Sequence record: SRR20825006_1479 | DNA length: 38,371 nt | Direction: 5' to 3' (one strand) | Shown here: positions 26,800 to 36,560 of the stretch, in pieces | Numbering within the stretch: the stretch's first letter is position 1 | Layout: each line of letters starts with the position of its first letter | The notes under the pieces: generated by a model | Databases searched by the model: none | What the model was told of the DNA's origin: nothing | The model's input: the letters and a program-made list of their open reading frames with translations, nothing else | Made by a program: the position numbers and the translations under genes

Positions 26800-27534
26800 T
26801 CACTCGCCGCCTCGCCTCTGCGAGGCTGGCGCGTGAACCTCGTGATGAGCCGCGCTTTGGCGCGGCTCTTTTTGCTCTGAGATGTGATCGAAGATCACGT
26901 CATCCTCGAGGATGTCTCGCTTGCCGTTGGGGTTGGCAAACTCGGCGAAGTAGTAAAACGTCGTCCCCGTCTGGCCAACGCACGCTTCGCACAGACCATC
27001 CTCGGCCATCTCCTCGAGGTGTTTGGCCGCGACCTTGTAGTGGAGGTTCGTCGCGGCCGCGATTTCAGCGGCCGTCAGCCTGCCCTGGTGCGACTTTGCC
27101 GCGCGCAAGATCAGGTTCGAGGCGTCCTCTTGCTCGCTGGATGATGCGCGCTTTTCACTGATTTGCTTGTCGCGTGAGGTCCAGATGCGGTGGAGCTGGT
27201 CGGCGCTCGCGATGAGCGAGGTGCCGCCGACAAAGACCTCGAGGATCGCCATCGGGATTCCGATGGCGGTGATGTCAATGGCGGCGAGAATCATCAACCC
27301 GACCCCCATGAGCGCCGTGACGGAGCTGACGAGCGCCCACAGCGCGCGCAGCACCGCGCGGATCGGGCCGACCTCTTCACCCCAATCCCAGATGCGCGGC
27401 AGGCAATGGAAGAGCCCGGTGAAGAAGACCACGTATCCGGCGAGCGCGATATCTTGGGGGGTGCCCGAGTCACTGGCTGCGATCCAGATAAAACCAGTCA
27501 GCAGGAGGGCGGCTCCTGCGATCAATCGAATCAT
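26800..27534 (-). CDS. Membrane protein with C-terminal winged-helix-like domain
   Basis: About four N-terminal TM segments; C-terminal ILRAAKSHQGRLTAAEIAAATNL...LEEMAEDGLC. Confidence 0.7.
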   Translation of the reverse strand: MIRLIAGAALLLTGFIWIAASDSGTPQDIALAGYVVFFTGLFHCLPRIWDWGEEVGPIRAVLRALWALVSSVTALMGVGLMILAAIDITAIGIPMAILEVFVGGTSLIASADQLHRIWTSRDKQISEKRASSSEQEDASNLILRAAKSHQGRLTAAEIAAATNLHYKVAAKHLEEMAEDGLCEACVGQTGTTFYYFAEFANPNGKRDILEDDVIFDHISEQKEPRQSAAHHEVHAPASQRRGGE

Positions 27535-27591
27535 CGGTCTCTCCTCGTGCGCGTTGAATGTTGGCCGGACTTTGCTCCCGCTGGAGGAGGA

Positions 27592-28770
27592 TCAATCCTC
27601 TTCTTTCGGGATGTAGATCCTGTCGGCCTTGACCTCGAAGTGGAGCAGGCTGCACTCGAGCGGTCCATTGTAAACAGTGTAGCGTTTGATCGCACGCAAG
27701 GGGATGGCGAATCCAAGCTCCTTGCTGCCCGTCAGTAGATAGACGCGCCAGTCGAAGAAACTTTCAATCAAAGTTTCGCCGAGGCGCTCGTGCGCGAGCA
27801 TCGCCCCCGGCTCATCCTCGAGGCGCTCCCCGTAAGGTGGGTTCACACAAATCAGCCCTGGAGTGTCGCCAGCGCGAACCTCTCGGACCTCGCGTTGTGA
27901 GAGGCGGATGTGGTGTTTCGCGCCGCAGGCGTGCGCGTTCTCGCGCGCGCTGCGAATGATGTTGTGATCCTTGTCGTAGCCAATGATATGCGGGAGCTCT
28001 TTCTGGAGCCCATCCTCGTGCATGCGCTTTGCTTCCTCCAGGACCTCCTGCCACATCTCCTCGTCGTGGCGACGCCATGTCTCGAAGCCGAACTTGTCGC
28101 GTCGGAACAACCCTGGCGCGATCCCCGCGGCCATCATCCACGCTTCGATGGGGAAGGTCCCCGAGCCGCACATCGGGTCGAGAAATGGCGCACCTTGCGC
28201 GGCCATCTCGGGCCACCCCGCGCGCCAGAGGATCGCCGCGGCGACGTTCTCTTTGAGCGGCGCCGGGCCCTGCTCGATGCGCCAACCGCGTCGGTGGAGG
28301 GAAGCTCCCGAGAGGTCGATGCTGATCGTGGCGACGTCCTTTCGCACGTGCACGTTGATGCGCAGGTCGGGGTTGCTCGTGTCGACCGAAGGGCGGCGTT
28401 TGTACTTGTCTCGAAACTGGTCGACGATGGCGTCCTTGACCTTGAGCGCGCCGTAGTGCGTGTGCGTGATCTGAGACCCCGACGAGGTGAAGTCCACCGC
28501 CAGCGTCCCATCGACGCTCATGTGCTTGTACCAGCGCACCTGACGCACGCCATCGTAGAGCGCCTCGGGGGTTGGCGCCTCGCAGGTGTGCACAGGCATG
28601 AGGATGGCGTTCGCGAGGCGAGACCAGAGGCAGGCCTTGTATCCATCGCGGAGCGTTCCCTCGAAGTGGGCACCTCCGGCGGCTTGCTTGACGTTGGAGG
28701 CTCCTAGCGAGACCAGCTCTTCGACAAGCAGGGGCTCGAGGTTTTTGGCTATCGTTGCAAAGAACTTCAT
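27592..28770 (-). CDS. rlmL: THUMP-domain class I SAM-dependent rRNA methyltransferase (RlmL-type, 23S m2G2445)
   Basis: CLWSRLA, ALKVKDAIVDQFR, SLHRRGWR, APLKENVAA, DPMCGSGT and NPPYGERL motifs. Confidence 0.9.
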   Translation of the reverse strand: MKFFATIAKNLEPLLVEELVSLGASNVKQAAGGAHFEGTLRDGYKACLWSRLANAILMPVHTCEAPTPEALYDGVRQVRWYKHMSVDGTLAVDFTSSGSQITHTHYGALKVKDAIVDQFRDKYKRRPSVDTSNPDLRINVHVRKDVATISIDLSGASLHRRGWRIEQGPAPLKENVAAAILWRAGWPEMAAQGAPFLDPMCGSGTFPIEAWMMAAGIAPGLFRRDKFGFETWRRHDEEMWQEVLEEAKRMHEDGLQKELPHIIGYDKDHNIIRSARENAHACGAKHHIRLSQREVREVRAGDTPGLICVNPPYGERLEDEPGAMLAHERLGETLIESFFDWRVYLLTGSKELGFAIPLRAIKRYTVYNGPLECSLLHFEVKADRIYIPKEED

Positions 28771-29030
28771 CGCGTCGTTCGTGGTCCAAAATTCAGGTGA
28801 TTGGCTCTTCCAGTCATAGCGCCGCGCAGATGAGAAAGCACGACCAAAATCTCGCGTTCGCCACCTCTGCCTTTCAGGCATACGGGGGAACCGCATTGAA
28901 TCTTCGCGACGTCTTCGTGCATTTCAATATCCGGAGGAGACTTCGCGCGGGGGTTGTGGTTCTGTCTGCTTGTTATAGAGTCCAGACCTCGCCATGAGGG
29001 TGAGGTCACGTTTCAAGGAGCAAGAGCACC

Positions 29031-29417
29031 ATGATCGAACTCGAAGACGTCCGTGACTATTGTCTGCTCCTCCCGGAGGTCAGCGAAGGCTATCCTTTCG
29101 GAGAGGACCACCTCGTCTTCAAGGTCAAGGACAAGATGTTTTGTCTGATGAGCCTGGAGGCGTATCCGAGTACGATGAACCTCAAGTGTGAACCGGATCG
29201 TGCGATCGAGTTGCGAGAGCAGTATGATGGGATCGCGCCCGGGTATCACATGAACAAGAAGCACTGGAACACGCTCACGCTCGATGGGAGCATCCCGGCG
29301 GATGTCGTCCTCGAGCTCGTGAGGCACTCTTATGACCGCGTCGTTTTGGGGTTAAAGAAGGGCGAACGCGAGGAAATCAAAGAGGCTCTGAGCATTCATG
29401 ATGAGGCGGTCGCTTGA
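29031..29417 (+). CDS. MmcQ/YjbR family protein
   Basis: YPFGED.LVFKVKDKMF, NLKCEP, PGYHMNKKHWN and HSYDRV motifs. Confidence 0.93.
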   Translation: MIELEDVRDYCLLLPEVSEGYPFGEDHLVFKVKDKMFCLMSLEAYPSTMNLKCEPDRAIELREQYDGIAPGYHMNKKHWNTLTLDGSIPADVVLELVRHSYDRVVLGLKKGEREEIKEALSIHDEAVA

Positions 29418-29572
29418 TCGGGGGCGCGCGATCCATTATCACTCCAGGCACGCAAGCGTACTCATCCATCCTCGCCGCTCTTACCCCCCTGGCGAATGGT
29501 GTGTGAGCCTCCTGACCAGTTGGCCCGTATGGTGATCAGGGATGATTCCGGGTCGATTCACAGAGTAGAGAG

Positions 29573-30142
29573 ATGGTGGAGAGTCACATCGAAATCAGCG
29601 ACGAAGAAGTCCTCGCCAGGATCGCTGACGGGGAACAAGAAGCCCTTCGGATACTTTATCAAAGGTGGTCGTCTTCTCTCTTGGGGATCGCGCTCAAGTT
29701 TATGAAGTCGCGTCCCGAGGCCGAGGATATCACCCATGATGTCTTGCTCGAGATCTGGAAAACGGCCAAAAGCTATGATCCAGACCGCGGCGCCGCGCGT
29801 ACTTGGATTGTAATGAAGATGCGCAGCAGGGTCATCGACCGGCTGCGCAAAGGAAAACGCCGCGCGACGCTCTTGCTCGAGTCACAGGATACGCTGGCCC
29901 CCACGCATATCAGCGAAGATCCTGCCCTGACGCTCGAGCGCCGACAACTTCGGGAAACGATCAAGACGCTCTCTGAGCACCAGCAAGAAGTGATCGAGTT
30001 GACGTATTTTGAACACATGACCGCTGTGGAGGTCGGGGAAGAACTCGGCATCCCGACGGGCACCGTCAAGTCGCGTCTCGCTGCTGCACGCCGCGCGCTC
30101 AAGGAGCGCCTCACTCGTGATGAGGGAGGCACGCCACAATGA
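29573..30142 (+). CDS. ECF sigma-70 factor
   Basis: AEDITHDVLLEIW, ARTWI and region-4 motif EVGEELGIPTGTVKSRL. Confidence 0.93.
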   Translation: MVESHIEISDEEVLARIADGEQEALRILYQRWSSSLLGIALKFMKSRPEAEDITHDVLLEIWKTAKSYDPDRGAARTWIVMKMRSRVIDRLRKGKRRATLLLESQDTLAPTHISEDPALTLERRQLRETIKTLSEHQQEVIELTYFEHMTAVEVGEELGIPTGTVKSRLAAARRALKERLTRDEGGTPQ

Positions 30143-30807
30143 AACAGCTCGATTTGGACATGATGACCGAGTTCCTGCTCGGTCGGCTCGACGAGAAAGA
30201 GCACGACGCGCTCGAGGCCGCCATTGCCTCGGGTGACGCGCGCACGCTCGAACTCCTCATGGAGGCCGAGGCCCTCGTCGCCGATCTCTGGCTCGCCGAG
30301 TGTGAACCGGTAGAACCTTCTGCCGGACTACACGACAGGCTCTTTGCCTCCATCGAACCAGAGGCGGGCTTTATGGGGTTTGCTCAGATCATCTCTGATC
30401 TGATCCAGGAACCCCTCGATGCCGCCCGCGCTTACCTGGAGTCGCTCTCGGATCCTGACGCGTGGTTCCCCGGTTTGACGGCTTCGTCGTGGATCGTACA
30501 CGTCGAGGGCGGCCCGGACAGGCAACAGGCCGTGGTCGGATTTATTCGCATCGATCCAGGCGGAGAGTTCCCCGAACACCGCCACGCTGGCGAAGAGCTG
30601 ATGTTCGTCCTCCAGGGGACCATCCTCGATGGTGAGAATCGCTACGAGCGAGGACAACTCATCGCGATGTCACCGGACACAGAACACAACCTCACCGTCG
30701 CCGAAGACGATGAGCCCGCGATCTTCCTGACCGTGGTCGATCAGGGGCTCCACATCATCAGCGAATACGGCGAGGTCTTCTTCGGGCCGAGCTCACCAGA
30801 GATTTAA
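30139..30807 (+). CDS. Putative anti-sigma factor with ChrR-like cupin domain
   Basis: 4-nt overlap with the ECF gene; cupin motif PGGEFPEHRHAGEELMFVLQG...TEH. Confidence 0.8.
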   Translation: MKQLDLDMMTEFLLGRLDEKEHDALEAAIASGDARTLELLMEAEALVADLWLAECEPVEPSAGLHDRLFASIEPEAGFMGFAQIISDLIQEPLDAARAYLESLSDPDAWFPGLTASSWIVHVEGGPDRQQAVVGFIRIDPGGEFPEHRHAGEELMFVLQGTILDGENRYERGQLIAMSPDTEHNLTVAEDDEPAIFLTVVDQGLHIISEYGEVFFGPSSPEI

Positions 30808-30823
30808 AGCGGAACTCTCGACG

Positions 30824-30872
30824 AAACAAACAGAGGTCGTGAGCTCTTCGCTCACGACCTCTGTTTGTTTTT
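30824..30872. terminator. Bidirectional Rho-independent terminator
   Basis: 21-bp stem AAACAAACAGAGGTCGTGAGC-TCTTC-GCTCACGACCTCTGTTTGTTT between convergent genes, with U-rich ends on both strands. Confidence 0.85.
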
Positions 30873-30899
30873 GACATGAGCAGCCAGCGCGCCTCGTCA

Positions 30900-31751
30900 T
30901 CATTTCGAGGGTTTGACCAATGTCATCGTGCGCGCCTCGTGATCGATGACGATGTTGTATTTGTCGCCATCGATCAAAACGCGCGCGTCCTGATCGCCGT
31001 CGCCGTCGATATCTTCGATCGCGGCGACCTTGATCGCTGGCGCTCTTGGCAACATGCCATCCTCGTCCTCTTCCATCTCTTCGTTGGTCGTGGACGCGAA
31101 GATCATGCCGCCGATTTGGTCAAAGCCCAGCTCGAGAGGTTTGTCCCCTGTGGCGTCGATTCCCTCGAAGTTCGAGAACGCGGGAGATATGAGATCCTGG
31201 TACTCGACCCCCTGACTGCCGCTCACGTTGACGCAGAGGACGTGCTCGATGCCATCGGCTTGCTTCGGGTAATAACAGGTTTGATTGTCCTTGTAGGTCG
31301 TGCGGCGCGCGATCTTCCACGCATCTCCATCTCGTTCGAGCAAGACGTTGTGAGAATCGCCTCCGGCTCTGCTGCCACAACCGAAGTAGGTGATGTAGAC
31401 CTGCTCCTTGCCGCTGTCCGAATACTTCCCCGGTCGAAGGGTGAGGTTTTGCACCAGCCCCGAGTCCTCACCTTCGACAGACCAGCTTCCCACGCATTCT
31501 TCGCAGCCGTCCTCGGTCAGCTTGTCCTCGGCGCATCCCATCGCGAGCGCGATGGTGCGCCTGTCGATCGTCCCCCCGGTGGTTGCTTTGGCCGGTGCTT
31601 TCGCGCTGGTCTCTGTCGGCGCTGATGTGGTGGTCGAGGTCGTTTCGACCACCACATCATCCGCAGCATTCCTGGTGGATTTCTTACACCCGAACGAAAT
31701 CGACAAGAGCATCGAGGTGATAGCTGCGAACAGGAGCAAACGTCTGCGCAT
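30900..31751 (-). CDS. Hypothetical lipoprotein
   Basis: GGAGG RBS, signal peptide with SFGC lipobox, Thr-rich linker, several Cys, C-terminal DIDGDGDQD loop. Confidence 0.75.
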   Translation of the reverse strand: MRRRLLLFAAITSMLLSISFGCKKSTRNAADDVVVETTSTTTSAPTETSAKAPAKATTGGTIDRRTIALAMGCAEDKLTEDGCEECVGSWSVEGEDSGLVQNLTLRPGKYSDSGKEQVYITYFGCGSRAGGDSHNVLLERDGDAWKIARRTTYKDNQTCYYPKQADGIEHVLCVNVSGSQGVEYQDLISPAFSNFEGIDATGDKPLELGFDQIGGMIFASTTNEEMEEDEDGMLPRAPAIKVAAIEDIDGDGDQDARVLIDGDKYNIVIDHEARTMTLVKPSK

Positions 31752-31772
31752 GGGGCCTCCGGTATGGATTTC

Positions 31773-32351
31773 TTAATGTTGCCAGATCATGTGTCCGTGC
31801 GGTTCATAGGCGCGTAGAGCATCGAACAACCCGTCGGGGGTGTCTGATTCCAACACGAGCTCGCGCTGGAACGGATCGATAAAGCGTTGCTCCAGGCAGT
31901 GCTCCAGCATCGAGAGGAGTGGGTCCCAGTAGCCATTCACGTTAAAGAGGCCCACGGGCTTGCTGTGGATGCCGAGCTGCCCCCAGGTCAGCACCTCGAA
32001 CAACTCTTCGAGCGTGCCGAACCCGCCAGGGGCTGCGACAAACGCATCGCTGAGGTCGATCATCATCGACTTGCGCTCGTGCATGGTCTCGACCATGTGC
32101 AAGGTCGTGAGCTTGCTGTGCGTGATCTCGGCGCGGTGGAGGCCATGTGGGATCACGCCCGTGACCTCGCCGCCTGCCTCGAGCACGGCGTCTGCGACTG
32201 CTCCCATGATGCCTGTGGAGCCGGCGCCGTAGACGAGTCCGATGTTTGCCTCGGCCATGGCTCTCCCGAGCTCCTTGGCGCGCGTCACGAATTCAGGTGA
32301 AGCACCGGGGCGAGAGCCACAGTACACGCAGATGTTGCGGACATCAGTCAT
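31773..32351 (-). CDS. LOG family nucleoside-monophosphate phosphoribohydrolase (TIGR00730-like)
   Basis: ICVYCGS, LVYGAG..GIMG, MHERK and PGGFGTLEE motifs. Confidence 0.95.
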   Translation of the reverse strand: MTDVRNICVYCGSRPGASPEFVTRAKELGRAMAEANIGLVYGAGSTGIMGAVADAVLEAGGEVTGVIPHGLHRAEITHSKLTTLHMVETMHERKSMMIDLSDAFVAAPGGFGTLEELFEVLTWGQLGIHSKPVGLFNVNGYWDPLLSMLEHCLEQRFIDPFQRELVLESDTPDGLFDALRAYEPHGHMIWQH

Positions 32352-32464
32352 AACGAAACCTCGTGCTTGGGTGCTCTGGTTGGCGAGTGAGCTTTGGGGG
32401 CTCGTGCTGCTTTTAGCGAATGCGCGCCGTGGGAGCAATGGCGCAATGTATTGGAGGGGGAAGA

Positions 32465-34627
32465 TCAGTCCAGCGCGACGTGCAGCATGTAAGGGCCATC
32501 GAGAGAGAACATCCTCGATGAGTATGGCTCGACGACGATGAAGTAATCGCCGTCTTCATCGATCTCGCGAAGGATCGCCGAGAACGCTGTGTATTCGGTG
32601 GCCATCCGGTCATCGTTGCTGGTGATATAGTCGCCAGCGTGATCGAACAGGTGGAGGACAGTGTCGGCGGGGGCGAACTCGCTCGTGCTCGGATCTCGAT
32701 CGGTCCACACGGCGAGTTTGTCACCGCGTTTCGCGTGGACCGCGAAGACGTCATAACCCACCGCGTGCACTGCCTCTGCGTAGGAAGAGACGCGCACCGG
32801 AGGGTGGAGCCGTTGCGCGGTCTGGCCGCTGTGGTTGTTGTGGTGCTCGTCGATAACCGGCGCGTTCGTGGTGTCGGGGAAGCTCGAGAAGAACGTCACA
32901 TCGAGCGGGACGCCGCCCTTGCGCATGAACTCTTCGCGTACCCCGAAGCGGTAGGTGCCCGCGGCGGGGCTAAAGAAAGCATCGCTCGCGCCTGCCAGGT
33001 GAATCGCGCCCGCGGGTGTCATCCTCGCGAGCTGTGGCGAGGTGTGGTCAGCCTGGCTGCTCGCCGTCAACGAGAGCATCTCGCCCTCCTCGAGCCAGAT
33101 ATCGAACCAGTGATAGACGCCGCTCTCGGTGAGCGCGATCTCGTTTTGGAGCGGCAGCGTGGCTCGGGTCGCGCTCCACGTCACGCTCTCTGCTCGAAGG
33201 GTGTAGTCGAAGTCAGGGCCACCCAGGAAGCGTCGCCCCCATTCATGAGAGGCCAACTCGAGGTTCCTCAGGTCATCGAGGAGCACATAGAAGACGGTCG
33301 TCCCGTGCGCGTCTTCGGGCAGGCCGAAGGACACCGCAGCTTCTCCGTCGCGTGGCGCGGCGAAGTCGATTTGATCGAAGAACCCATCCTCTTCGCGGTA
33401 AACCGTCAGGGCAGGTTCCAACGCATCATCGCCTTGAACAGCGACGCGGACAGCCTCGCCGGGGGCGAGCTCCAGCAGGAAATAGTCTGTGTCGAAGTGC
33501 TCCATGCTGGCGACCGGAGCGCCGATTTCAGCGCGCCAGCTCGAGCCTGGACCGATGCGCGTGGGCACATCCGGGGAGTCATCGACTTCGCTGATGGAGA
33601 GCGCGTAGGGGACCTCTTCGCGCAACGCCGTGGCGTCGATGATCAAGAGGTATGGGCGCCCACGCTCGAGGTCTGCCACGAGCTGGGGATCGAGCGAGTC
33701 ACGGCGACCATTGTCATTGTGCGCGACGACGCGCTGCTCGACCGTGTCCCAGAGGTAGAGGATCGGATCGATGCCCGTATGCACGGGCTCGCGATGGCAG
33801 ACCACCTCGGCCATGACCACTTCGTCCCGGTTCCAGACAAAGCGGTGGACGTCCGGGCGAAAGTCGTCGAGTGATTCTGTCCAGGTGCCTGGAGCTTCGA
33901 GCGAGTAGCCGTGAATGCTCTCGCTCGAGGTCTCGATCCTGTAGCCCGAGTCATCGCCCTGCCCAGATTCCTCGACCTCGCGCGCGTCGTGGACGGCCAG
34001 GTAGTAGGTGCCGCTCTGATGGATAAACGCTGCGCGGCCATCGCCAGCGCGCGCCGTGAGATCACGACGATAGCGCATATCAGGGCCCAACAGGACGGTC
34101 TGAATACCTTGCTCGCTCAGGTCTTCTCCTGTGCGAGAGACCTCCCAACGGAAGAGCGTCCCGGCGTCGAGCTCGACGCTAAAGATGTCCATGTCCGATT
34201 CGGGGCGATCGGGCGCGTCGAGCGCGCCCGCCAGTGATTCTCCGACCGTGAAATAGGTCGATTGATCGAGCCCTACGCCGCGGTCCACGAGATCATTTGG
34301 CTCGCGCTCCATCCTCGCGCCGCGTTGCCACGGAAGATCCGGCGCGATCGGGACATCCCAACCAGGATTGTCTTCTGAGTTTGTATTCGGGGAGTCGGGC
34401 GTTTCGTCCTGCGAGGTTCCTGGCTTATCTGGCTCAGGATCGGCCTCGGGGAAAAGAATCACGACCGGGGGAGGGGACTCTTCGCCAACATCAGAGAGAT
34501 CCTGATCACCACATGCGGTGAGACCACTCGACGCCAGAAGCAGGATGAATGATGCAAGAAGGCAATCATTCACGCGTTGGCGTGACGAGCGCTCGGACCC
34601 CTGAGTTTGATGGCGAAGTGAGTTCAT
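32465..34627 (-). CDS. Lipoprotein built of multiple PPC (pre-peptidase C-terminal)-like domains
   Basis: Lipobox LTAC; EREPND, DMDIFSVELDAG, DPILYLWD...NDN, DTDYFLLELAPGE and DTVLHLFD...SNDD repeats; start uncertain. Confidence 0.8.
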   Translation of the reverse strand: MNSLRHQTQGSERSSRQRVNDCLLASFILLLASSGLTACGDQDLSDVGEESPPPVVILFPEADPEPDKPGTSQDETPDSPNTNSEDNPGWDVPIAPDLPWQRGARMEREPNDLVDRGVGLDQSTYFTVGESLAGALDAPDRPESDMDIFSVELDAGTLFRWEVSRTGEDLSEQGIQTVLLGPDMRYRRDLTARAGDGRAAFIHQSGTYYLAVHDAREVEESGQGDDSGYRIETSSESIHGYSLEAPGTWTESLDDFRPDVHRFVWNRDEVVMAEVVCHREPVHTGIDPILYLWDTVEQRVVAHNDNGRRDSLDPQLVADLERGRPYLLIIDATALREEVPYALSISEVDDSPDVPTRIGPGSSWRAEIGAPVASMEHFDTDYFLLELAPGEAVRVAVQGDDALEPALTVYREEDGFFDQIDFAAPRDGEAAVSFGLPEDAHGTTVFYVLLDDLRNLELASHEWGRRFLGGPDFDYTLRAESVTWSATRATLPLQNEIALTESGVYHWFDIWLEEGEMLSLTASSQADHTSPQLARMTPAGAIHLAGASDAFFSPAAGTYRFGVREEFMRKGGVPLDVTFFSSFPDTTNAPVIDEHHNNHSGQTAQRLHPPVRVSSYAEAVHAVGYDVFAVHAKRGDKLAVWTDRDPSTSEFAPADTVLHLFDHAGDYITSNDDRMATEYTAFSAILREIDEDGDYFIVVEPYSSRMFSLDGPYMLHVALD

Positions 34628-34832
34628 TTCCTCTTTCGAAACCTCTTATAAACCGTTGGTCAACTACCAGATTTTCGCGATCGAAGCAACAGGAGTGCGA
34701 CATGTAGGAGTGGCTCTCTCTATCGTCATCTTGAACTTCTGTGGCGAACGGGGGATAAGAGGAGGTCTGAAGAGAACAGCAGCAGTATCGTCGCGTCGCG
34801 CAGACGCGCGAGGAAAGAAGCAGGAGCACTCC

Positions 34833-36455
34833 ATGACCGACGTTCGCGAAGAGATCGCACGACTCATCCCACAACTCGATCACCCGGACGCCGAGCTCCA
34901 GCGCGGCGTGATGGACCAGATCGTGATCATGGGCTCCGACGCGATCGATCCTCTGGCGGCGAACCTCAACTTCGCCGAGCCCGCGGCGTGCGAGGCGATC
35001 GTGCGCATCCTCGGTGAGATCGGGGACACGAGCGCGATGGTTCCCTTGATGCGCTTTGTCTTCGACAACAAGGAGAGCATCGAGAAGTCGGACGCGCGCG
35101 GGCTCGCTATGCGCGCGATCATGCATCTGGCGCAACCCTCTCATGCCCCCAAGCTCTTCGACTTCCTGATGGATGTTCGTCATGACCAAGACCCCTTCGT
35201 GCGAGGTTGGGCGCTCGAGGCGATGGGGAAATTTGGTGACGCGCGCGCCGAGCCGATCTTGCGTGATGCGCTCTCGGACGAGCACGACTTCGTGCGCGAG
35301 CGCGCCACGAGCGCGCTCGACGCGCTCGAGGACTCGGGCGGACGCGAGCAGGGTCTCAAGCGGGAGCTCTCGGACACCGAGATCCTCCAGAAGCTGCGCA
35401 ACGCCAAGGACGGCGAGAAGACGTTCTATCTCAACGCGCTCGCTGAACGAGATGACGCCTTCGAGCTCGCCGCGAGGCTCGTGCGCGAGGGCAACAAGGG
35501 GGAGCTCACGGGCCTGCAACTGATCCTCAATATGGAGGATTCGCGCGGCCGTGAGGTCGCGCGCAGGCACTTTCGAGCCACGGACAACGCTGCGCATCGC
35601 GCGATTTGCCTGCGTATCCTGGCGAGGTTCCTCCAGAGCGATGCCTCCCCGGAAGAGATCGCGATCATCCAGGCCGGGTTCCAGGACAGCGACTCTTTCG
35701 TGCGCATGGCTGCGTCGGCTGCTGCTGGCGTGAGCGGTGATGAGGACCTCGTCAAGCGCGCCATCGGCGCGCTCAAGGGGCGCGACATTCACGCGGCGCT
35801 GTCCGCGGCCGAGGCGCTCGGTCGAGGGCTCACGCCAAAGATGAAGCGGTTTGTCCCGCAACTTCGCGACGCGCTCGAGCAGGCGCACTACCTTCGCCTT
35901 CGCACCCGCGAGGAAGAGCCCGCCTTGCTCGAGGCGCATCTGCTGCGAGCGATCAACAACCTCCTCCCCGAGGTCGTCGTCGGGAGAACGGATCTTCAAA
36001 ACGATGCGCTGCGTTCGCTGGAGAAGGCGGGTCCCTTCTGGCCCGTGATCGTGAGCGCGCTGAGGCTCCTGCGCGATGCCACAGCGGAAGAGCCCGCGCG
36101 CGCTGACGAGGATCGTTGGACCAACAGCCAGACGCGTTACCTCGTGGATCTGCTCGACAACGAGGATGACCGCGTGCGCTCGCGTGTCATCGATTTGCTC
36201 AAGCACGCGGGGGCTCCTGGCGAGACCTCGATCGCCACGGCGGTCGAGCGCTTGATCCACGACGCGTCATTCGATGTCGTCGAGGATGGTATCCCGCTGC
36301 TCGAGCTCGCTGGCGGAGAGCGCTCGAGGACCATCCTCAAGGATCTCTCGTCGAGCCCGGACGAGCGCATCGCCAACGCGGCCGCGGCCGCGTTGCGAGA
36401 CCGGCGCAACAGCCAGAGCGTGATCGACGTCAGCTTCTTCCCATCGGACTCGTGA
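34833..36455 (+). CDS. HEAT/PBS-lyase repeat protein
   Basis: AGGAG RBS; repeated D.DPFVR.WALEAMG, DEHDFVRERA, DSDSFVRMAA and DDRVRSR units. Confidence 0.88.
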   Translation: MTDVREEIARLIPQLDHPDAELQRGVMDQIVIMGSDAIDPLAANLNFAEPAACEAIVRILGEIGDTSAMVPLMRFVFDNKESIEKSDARGLAMRAIMHLAQPSHAPKLFDFLMDVRHDQDPFVRGWALEAMGKFGDARAEPILRDALSDEHDFVRERATSALDALEDSGGREQGLKRELSDTEILQKLRNAKDGEKTFYLNALAERDDAFELAARLVREGNKGELTGLQLILNMEDSRGREVARRHFRATDNAAHRAICLRILARFLQSDASPEEIAIIQAGFQDSDSFVRMAASAAAGVSGDEDLVKRAIGALKGRDIHAALSAAEALGRGLTPKMKRFVPQLRDALEQAHYLRLRTREEEPALLEAHLLRAINNLLPEVVVGRTDLQNDALRSLEKAGPFWPVIVSALRLLRDATAEEPARADEDRWTNSQTRYLVDLLDNEDDRVRSRVIDLLKHAGAPGETSIATAVERLIHDASFDVVEDGIPLLELAGGERSRTILKDLSSSPDERIANAAAAALRDRRNSQSVIDVSFFPSDS

Positions 36456-36560
36456 GCCGCCACATGTCGCTGTCGCCATCTTGGTTGACAGCCTCTGGTG
36501 CCAGGGCGAAGGTGGTGGACATATACCGGTAGCATACCCCATGTGGCGCGAAGGCGAGTG

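Noticed and set aside
27592-28770. RlmL as a truncated rlmKL pseudogene
   Set aside because: Stand-alone RlmL-type proteins of about 390 aa are common, the ORF ends cleanly, and no RlmK remnant follows.
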